Part shown: positions 55,540 to 64,000 of the stretch, one piece after another
How positions within the stretch are numbered: the stretch's first letter is position 1
Layout: each line of letters opens with the position of its first letter
Source of the DNA: Cycas panzhihuaensis
Lineage: Eukaryota; Plantae; Cycadophyta
NCBI GenBank assembly: GCA_023213395.1
Contig: CM041465.1
Location: 85,567,741 to 85,631,740, forward strand
DNA: 64,000 nt
Direction of reading: 5' to 3'
The notes under the pieces: model-generated
The model's input: only the letters and a program-made list of their open reading frames with translations
What the model was told of the DNA's origin: nothing
Database searches by the model: none
Program-made: the position numbers and the translations under genes

Positions 55540-58500
55540 CCCAAAATGGTTGACTATAGAGACTTTGGGAAACTAATTTTTAATGATACTTCAGGGCCTG
55601 TGAGCATGTGTATCTATTTCAGAGTCTTATTGATGTAAAAAAGATTACAGACGAAGACGAAATCAAAGCACGATTCGCCTATACGTTGAGGGGAGTACCC
55701 TTGGCATGGTATAAGGAAATAAATAAGAATAAGCCATGGGTAAAGCTTAAGAAAGCATTCGAAGAAAGATTTCAAAAGTTTCGCAGTAATGAAGCAGTGG
55801 AAATCATTGCGGCCAGCATGATTAATGAGACGATAACAGATCACAATATGAAAAACTACTTTGTAAGAGGTTTGAATAAGAAATTGTAAGCCATGATGCA
55901 TGCTCATCTATTGAAATCGTTTAAGAATGCTCAAGATCTAGCATTAGATTCTGAAATGGAGATGGACGCACAAGCAGAAGGGCAAGACTCCCTGCTGCTG
56001 AGATTACAGGATGAGATTAGAGAACTGAAGCAAAATTAGTATAGCCGACCCTTCTGCCAGGTAGGGGTAGCAGAAGAGGAATCAGAGTTGGAAGTGTTAA
56101 GAAAAGAGGTGGCCAGATTGCAAATTAGAAATAATCGAGAAGAAGAGGAAACACTAAAAAAGAAAGGTCACGCTGGAAGAATATCTAAATGGTGCTACAT
56201 TTGTGAAGAGAATTCACATACCACCAAGGAATGTGACCTGAATTTAAAAAATAGTGCGTTGCACCAATAAGAGAGATGGTGCCATATATGCGACGTTGAT
56301 ACGCATACAACTAAGGATTGTTTCTACAATCCCAAGGGAAAGGCCTTCAGAGGACGAGGTAGGGGAAGGGGAGGCAACCCATCTGGAAATGTTTATACAA
56401 TGAGGGGCACACCAGAATCCTCAAGGAAAAAACTGCCAATGGGTAGATGCCTCATCTGTCTATAGTTTGGGCACTGGAAGTCATAATGCCCAACGAAGTA
56501 GGAATACAAACAGAAGTCGTTCATATGTAGTAATTGTGGCCCAAGTGACCACAAAATAGAAGATTGTAAAGGGAAAGCCAAAGCGACCAACCTAATGATA
56601 ATCATACCGAAAACAAAAAATGTCAAACTACAAAATAAACAAAAGGAGAAATTAAACGAAGGATATCTAGATCCACTGATAGAAATGGATCGATACAGAA
56701 AAGCTAAACAAGTATTGGATGGCCTAGTCCGGGAGGAGAACATATTATCAATGGGTAAATTGGAAACTAAATACGTCTATGTATAAAAGAACAAATAAAA
56801 AGAACAAGAAAATCTACCAGAAGAACCTAAGGTGAAGTCCCAAATGATACAAATGGAGGAGCTTTTTAAAGGATTGCCAGCAGAGGATATTCCCAGAATG
56901 TTGCTAATGATGGAAAATTTAGAAAAACTGTTACAGTTGACTATTCCTCTATGCCAAGTTATCGATTGGATCAAAGGAGGAGTGTTACAGTGAGGAATTA
57001 CTAAGAGTCTAAAGCAAATCATACCATCATTTGACATGGATCCGATGGTAACCATGACAGTCTTAGGGGAAACATTCCCACGGGTAATTGTTGATGGAGG
57101 TGCAGCAGTGAATGTGTTACCAGCTTCAACATGGCATAAATTGGGAAGCCTGAAGCTGGAAGCGGCAACCTATTTATTGAAATTGGCTAATGAACTATTG
57201 GTACGACCTATGGGGAGACTGGCTGACATCAAGGTAGATGTGGTAGGGATAGTGGTGCGAATCGACTTCACAATTATGGAAACGGAGAAAGGGGCAACAC
57301 CCTATCCAGCACTCTTAGGGAGACCATGGTTGTATAAAACACAATGCCTCCAGAATTGGAAGAATGTAACTTTTACCTTAACAGACAACGGAAATAAAGT
57401 AGTATTGCCAATGTTGGGAAGAAGCTCGATCGAAATGATTCCAGATGAAGGATCTAGCACAACGGTAATGAGTGACACAACATTCTCTTCCATTAGGGAA
57501 GAACATCTCTACCATATGGTAGAAGAGCCCATCACATCAACTAATCAGCAGCAAGAAGAACCGACATATTTCGGGGAGATATATAACTCTTCGGATGACG
57601 AACACGGAATGAGGTTTGTGGATTACTGTCTATAGGATGCGTATGAAGTAAATTCTTCTTCTTATAGGTGTAATTTGTTATCTAAATATGTATCTACAGA
57701 CATTGATAATAATTTAGATTCTTTTGAATATATGTTAACTAACAATAGTTTAAAGAATGACAATAACCTAGACCAACAAACCCTTACTTTACCTAATAAT
57801 TTTTGTAGTTTTTTTGTAGTTAATAGTAATCCTGACATCCCATCTACTTCAGGCGTGGGTCTTGACGTAGATTCCCTACCCCCTTATTACAACTTGAGAA
57901 AGGAAGTAATATTCCTTCCTCCTCTTCCTTAGAGTTACACCCACCCAGCCATAGATCAATTCCAACCATTGGTGCCAAAACTGGGGAAATGGAAGGAGGA
58001 TCGCTGGTAAGTACTTCTAGTGATTCTGGTCTAGATAGTAAAGTCATTATCCCAGAGGAAATAAACCATCAAATCTACATTGGGAACTATGTTAAACCAT
58101 TCTATGGGGAGCAGTTATATGGGACTACCTATTTAACGCATTGTGTTGAGTATTGGATGGAACATGGGAATTGGGATAAAACCTAATGGCAGTAGGACTT
58201 AGTACTAACCTTACAGGGAAAAGCCTGGTACTGGTACCTATCCCATCAAGCCACTCTTAGGAATTGGCAAGATTTACAAACGATGTTTTGAATATGGTTC
58301 GATCATCCAACCCAACTAACCATTCCAGTATTCTATGTAGGTTACAATCCTAGGAAACATATACAAAATTGTAAACAAAAATGGAGATCTTTAAGCATAC
58401 CTAAACAGAATTGGCCAAACTATTTCTACCACACCTTGGGGAGAGTAGCGAAGGACTAGTTCTTAGGGAAGGAATAAAATTTAGATGTAACTTGGGGAAA

Positions 58501-61500
58501 CCTGAAGAAATCTTTCATAAAAACCTTTAGGCATACTTTAGATAACAAAGAAATAGACAAAATCCTGAAACATATTAGAGTAATGAGTATAAAATTAGAA
58601 CAACACCTAACAGACCAAGAAGAGATAGAGTCTACACATACTGAAGAAGAAGAAGTTATAAACTATCCTACAGAATTTACAGAATTCAATGTTGGAGAAA
58701 GAAAGCTAGAAGATGCTCCGGGACACAAAACCAGAAATATAGAAGATGTGAGTGTAACAAAGTTAAAAACTACAGAAAGTAATGTTGGTAGTTAGGAAAA
58801 TCCTAAAATCATTCGAATTGGAAACTATTGGGATCCTCAGACGGTAGCGGAAGCCCAGCAGTTATTCGAAGAATTCTGTGATATATTCACATGATCGTAT
58901 AAGGACCTAAAAGGCATTCCTCCGAAGATAGGAATACATCACATTGACTTAGTGGAGGATGCAAAACCGGTGAAATAACGGCCATACCAGATGAATCTAA
59001 AATACAAAGAGAAAGTGGAAGCTGAACTTGACAAAATGTTGGAAGCGGGTTATATCTATGAGATCGACTACAGTGACTAGGTGAGCCACATGAGTGGTGG
59101 TTCCCAAGAAAAATGGAAAAATTTGTGTCTTTGTGGACTACAAACAATTGAATAAGGTAACAAAGAAGGATCCATTCCCATTACCTTTTACGGAGGATAT
59201 TTTAGAAGTAGTTGGAGGAAATGAGATTTACTCCTTCACAGACAGATTCAGTAGGTACAATCAAGTGCAGATTGCCCCGGAGGATCAGGCAAAAACTACA
59301 TTTGTAACAGAATGGGGAATGTCATTCGGTCTCATGAATGCACCAACTACATTCTAACGGATTGTAATTATTATCTTTCAGAAGTTTATTGGAGAAAAGG
59401 TTGCTGTATTCTTAGACGACTAGTCGTTGTATGGATTGATGAAAAATCATATGGAGAATTTGAGGGAAATGTTGCAAACGTGCTGGGAAAACAAATTGTG
59501 TCGTAATCCAGAAAAGTATACCTTTCTGGTACCCTTCAGAAACTTGTTGGGACATATAGTCAACAAAGAAGGATTGCTAACAGATCTAGGAAAAATGTCT
59601 GCCATTCTGCACTTTCTGATACCAATTATGAGAAAACATCTAAAAGGTTTTCTAGGTTTGATAGGATATTATAAAAAGTTTATCAGGGGGTATGCATACA
59701 TATCTGGACCCCTGGAAAAATTGTTGAAAAAGAATATTGAATGGGCATGGATAGAAGAACAGCAACGAGCATTCAAAACATTGAAACAAGCCATTGTAGC
59801 GATTACTATCTGCGATTCCCGATGGAAGAAGACTTTTCACGTGCATGTGGATGCGCCGCAATACACTATTGGATGCGTGTTGGCACAACCGGTGGCGATA
59901 AAGCAGTTATCCAATCTACTTCACGATCGAAACTTACGAGCTGAGAAAAATTATACAATGACAGAGAGAGAAGCACTCGACATGGTCTATGTATTGCAAA
60001 AGTTTTGACACTATTTATTATTAAATCCATTCTTATTTTTGTTGATCACCGTAGATGTATTTAGTGAATAAACTGATTATGCGAGGGAGAATCAGCAGGT
60101 GGTTGATGTTGTTTCAAGAATTTTCTTTCAAAATCATCGTGAAACCCGGTAAAGCCCATATCATTCCCAATCAGTTGTCGAGAATTGAAAACGGAGAAAA
60201 GGCGATGGGGGTGCCAGACGATTTTCGGATGCACTACATTCGTGGAAGTAGTTCCAGCATTTGGTATGAAGGAATACCAGAATATCTAGCGACCGAAGAA
60301 GTACCAGCAGAGTTAGATCGCACGGGAAAGAGAAATTTTATCAGAAAAGCAGAGCCTTATCAACTCATCAGTGGAGAGTTATACAAATTGGGGCCAGACG
60401 ACGTATTACGACGTTGTGTTCGACAATATGAGATAAACCAGATCATGTCGCAGGCGCACAAAGGAGTAGCGGGTGGCCACATGGGGAAATTGGCCACATG
60501 GCATAAGATTTTAATGTCTGGGTTCTGGTGGCCATCTATGTTCAAGGATGTCAAAAAATGGATTCAAGCACAGAACTATTGCCAGCAGGTGGGGAGACCT
60601 AATCGACAGGATTTCCAACCTTTACATCCCATATTACTTTTAGCCTTTGCTCAAGAAATGGGATCTCGACTTAGGGGCCAATCAAACCCGGTACACGTAG
60701 ATCAAAAGCTCGATACATCTTGGTGGCAGCGCTACACGACAAAGTGGGTAGAAGCGCACGTATTACGAAAAGCTGACAGAATTCACAGTGAGATTTCTGT
60801 ATGAGGTAGTGATTACACGATTTGCATGCCCCTTGGAGATCATAAGTGACCAAGGCGCCCACTTCCTCAATCAAACTATCAAAACATTGACATCAACCTT
60901 TATGATTAGCCATCGAAAATCTACTCCATACTACCCCAGAGCCAATGGTCAAGTAGAGAGCTCAAATAAGATAATCGAAAATTGCTTGCAGAAGATATGC
61001 GACATCGGCAGATCTGATTGGTCCGAGAAATTACCATTTGTGCTATGGGTATTTGAATGACATACAAGAGGTCAATCAGATGGACTCCATTCCGACTTGT
61101 GTATGGCACGGAAGCCATTCTCCGGCGAATTTGAGATACCTAGTCTACGAGTTGCGATACAATGTTGATTAGATGGCCTCCGGTCTTTGGAGCAGCGATT
61201 AGAAGACTTAAATGCTGTTGGAAGAGAAATGACACCTAGTAAACTGGTTGCAACATGTGGAGAAGCAGCGATAAAAAGCATGGCATGACTGCCATCTACG
61301 GAAACCTCAATTCAACGAAGGTGATTAAGTGTTGCTGTATGATAACAAATTTAAAATGCACCCCAGAAAACTCAAGATGCGGTGGTTGGGACCATACATC
61401 GCAGAACAAATCTTTGAGAATGGATCGGTGCTTGAGAGAGATCGAGAACCTCTGCTACCAACTCGAGTAAACGGTAGTAGACTCAAGCCATATATCGAGT

Positions 61501-61502
61501 AG
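55540..61502 (+). pseudogene. Element G gag-pol pseudogene
   Basis: Gag TLRGVPLAWY...W.KLKKAFEERF; four CX2CX4HX4C knuckles; protease VIVDGGAAVNVL; RT VVPKKNGKICVFVDYKQLN / MSFGLMNAPTTF; RNase H FHVHVDA / EKNYTMTEREAL; integrase IISDQGAHF / STPYYPRANGQVE; stops and frameshifts. Confidence 0.93.
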
Positions 61503-61507
61503 CCCAG

Positions 61508-62322
61508 TGTAACGAACTGTCACACCAAAACCTCAAGGTGTTGGTGAAGAGGGCCCCCCACCAAGTAGACCATTACCTCCCTCCCAATTCAAATGGGCTA
61601 GCCCTGCCTAGCTCTACTTTCACCGACATTCATGCGCCCCACAGGCCTCGACTACGATGGCGTTTTACGCATTGGTGACGTTTGGCGCGTCACTCTATTG
61701 CCCCCATAAGCGGTGTTGCCCCCACAGGATTTGAACCCAGGTCTTGGCTCTTATACCACTTATAACGGGTTACACAAAACCTCGGTGTTAGTGAAGAGGG
61801 CCCCACCAGTAGACCATTCACAGTCTCGGGCCCTCTTCACTAACACCTTGAGGTTTTGTGACCGTTAAGTGGTATCAATCCGAGTTCAAATCTATGGGGC
61901 AACACCGCTATGGCGATGAAAGTGACACACCAAATGTCGCCGATGCGCAAACGCCATCGTAGTTGGGGCACTGTAAACGCCGTGGCGGGGGTTTAGGCGG
62001 AGCTGGCTGTTTGAACCGGGAGGAGGTAATGGTCTACTTGGTGAGGGCCTCTTCTAACCTCGAGGTTGGTGTAACGATTCGTTACAAGTGGTATCGAGCC
62101 AAGACCCGGGTTCAAATCCAGTGGGGCAACATCGCTTATGGGGACGGTGGGGTGTGGCATGACGTCGCCGATGAGCAAAAGCCGTCGTGGTCGGGGCACT
62201 GTGGGCGCGTGAACCGGTGAAAGCGGGGCTAGCCAGTTTGAACCGGGGAGGAGGTAATGGTCTACTTGGTGGGGGGCCCTCTTCACTAACACCTCGGGGT
62301 TTTGGTGTAATGGTTCATTACA
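61508..62322. mobile_element. Head-to-head (inverted) TRIM-like array inserted just after the element G integrase stop
   Basis: TSD CCCAG at 61503-61507 and 62323-62327; termini TGTAAC...ATTACA; ~235-250-bp units with iMet PBS on minus strand (61746-61758) and plus strand (61870, 62089); inversion point ~61819-61827. Confidence 0.9.
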
Positions 62323-63365
62323 CCCAGCCTACCAACAGGATCAGCTGGTTGTACCATATTATATTGCATGAAGTTGAGGCACAATCAAATGCCTTGATAC
62401 CGAGCCATGATCCAGTTCGGTATGGATACAAAAGGAGGAAAAAAAAAAATGGAAAAAATTAAAAAACAACCGTAACTCATCACAGACATAAGAAAGAGCA
62501 TCATAATCTGAGAAAATCAGAGGGAAATTCAATAGCATACAAGCAAAATACAGTATACGTACCAAAAAGGTATGTTACCAGGTATGTACAGTTGAAAAAG
62601 TAATCAAAATTAAAAAATACACTATACGTACCAAGGAAATACCTTTGAAATGCATACAGTTCAAAAAGTGACTCGAAATTACACGATACATACCTAAAAA
62701 GTGCACGCGATTAGATGCATACGGTGTAAACAAATTTTAAGTGGCTCAAATACATTATATGTATTTGAAAAGTACGTAAGTAGGTATGCACTGTGCAAAG
62801 AAAAGTAAGTTAAATGACTACATTATACGTACCAAAAAAGTACATAGTCAGGTACGCACTGTGGAAAATATACTCAAGTGTTTAGTTATATTTTACGTGC
62901 AAGAACGTCACGTGTCAGTGCGCATAATAGAGACTCTTAACACTATACATCTGAGGGCATGTATAAGATAAAATTCTATAAAAGACAAATCATTATATAC
63001 CTATGAGCATTCCGTGCAATAGGTAGGCGGAACGGACTCAAAAATTTGCTAGAACACCGTGCAGCACGAACGTAAAGAATTCGCCCGATGCGCATCTCGG
63101 TCTGTGAGAGACACAAAAATGGCAAGCGTTCCTCGGAGAATGCGTATGTAGGGTTCCGATTTATGCGCTTAGGTTTTCTTTCTTATCTCGGAACTCCACG
63201 GCCGTATGAGGACAAAGAAGGTGCGGGAGGCTTACATACCAAGCTCAGCGGGGAGCTACAAGCCCTACCGGCTCCATTCCGGGCTAGGGTTAAGCAAGCG
63301 GGTTGGGAGACTACATTTACTATAACCCTATGTACTATGACCCTGAACTTATAGACTAAATCCTA

Positions 63366-63790
63366 ATGGCCCTGAAGGAGGACAGCAGGAAGGCCAAAAT
63401 GGATGCAGACATAGTCCATACCATCACCAGACTTCCCAATGAAGGAGAGGTTCTACTAGGAACAAAAAGGTCAGAAGTGGACCAAGAAATGTGGTTGAGA
63501 GAATTATTCCAACCCAACACTCAGATTATGTTTGGCGAGATCCCTGTAGCATACATCATGGATGCTAGACTTTAGTAGGTGGCCAAAGTGATCAATTCTA
63601 GGTTTTTGTCCAAACGGAAATACACCTACATTCAGGGAGGCATGATGTAGGTGTTGTTGAAAATCTGAGATGGGGAAAAGATGAATTGGTCCGAATTCTT
63701 GGCGGAAAATATGAGGGAGCAGTTAAAGGAGATTAGGATACACCCATTCTGCCATCCTCATTACTTTTGGTAATTTTATTCTACCAGTGT
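63366..63790 (+). pseudogene. Extra 3' ORF of element G (plant retrotransposon accessory-ORF type), disrupted
   Basis: Reading through stops: IVHTITRLPNEG...VAKVINSRFL...DGEKMNWSEFLAENMREQL, resembling accessory ORFs downstream of pol in Athila/Tat-type elements; family assignment from memory only. Confidence 0.55.
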
Positions 63791-64000
63791 CCAGAGGTGC
63801 AGCTGCCTAGGACTACTATCTCTCCTCGAGAGCTAATCATCAAATAGTGGGCAGCAGAATTTCCAGACATAGTGAGCACCCGAGCAAAGAGAAAAGTACA
63901 AAGATAAATGCAAAAGTACTCACACAGTTCTGAAGGCACCAGGCACACCCATTTCCCTTCGGATAAAACATGTTGTCCATCGACGAGGCAAGAAGAAGAA

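Larger units (their letters stand above)
53945..64000 (+). mobile_element. Non-chromovirus (Athila/Tat-like) Ty3/gypsy element (G), tRNA-Glu-type PBS, runs off the window end
   Basis: 5' LTR ending CAGTCAACA at 54761 (left boundary uncertain, ~53920-53945); PBS TGGTTCTATTGCC at 54763; gag, protease, RT, RNase H, integrase, then an extra 3' ORF. Confidence 0.9.

Noticed and set aside
59800-61500. Dense 1-bp frameshifts in element G integrase as programmed frameshifting
   Set aside because: Scattered deletions without slippery-site pattern; decay or local consensus error is more likely, which is also a caveat for fine detail in the adjacent TRIM array.
62081-62131. tRNA gene
   Set aside because: Only A/B-box-like motifs; no anticodon arm or acceptor stem can be formed.

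Overview
Large-genome land-plant nuclear DNA (heavy C->T/G->A decay of the repeats; a gymnosperm-type genome is my inference). It holds one intact host gene, a two-exon COBRA-like gene of the COBL7/COBL10 subgroup (33498-35902, +, 650 aa) in a CpG-rich island. The gene is surrounded by nested, decayed LTR retrotransposons: four Ty1/copia elements, a chromovirus-like Ty3/gypsy, two related tRNA-Glu-primed non-chromovirus Ty3/gypsy elements, a solo LTR, a non-autonomous LTR element and two TRIM-like elements. The most unusual observations are: (i) an 815-bp head-to-head (fold-back) TRIM array at 61508-62322, bounded by two U5-type ends and a perfect CCCAG target-site duplication, with a Pol III B-box-like motif just after each PBS; (ii) two extra capsid-like domains between protease and RT, present in both tRNA-Glu-primed gypsy elements; (iii) an exact tRNA-Glu 3'-end copy (anti-PBS) inside a gypsy LTR; (iv) a perfect 74-bp-arm hairpin in only one LTR of an old copia. 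All alignments were done by eye and no database searches were run.
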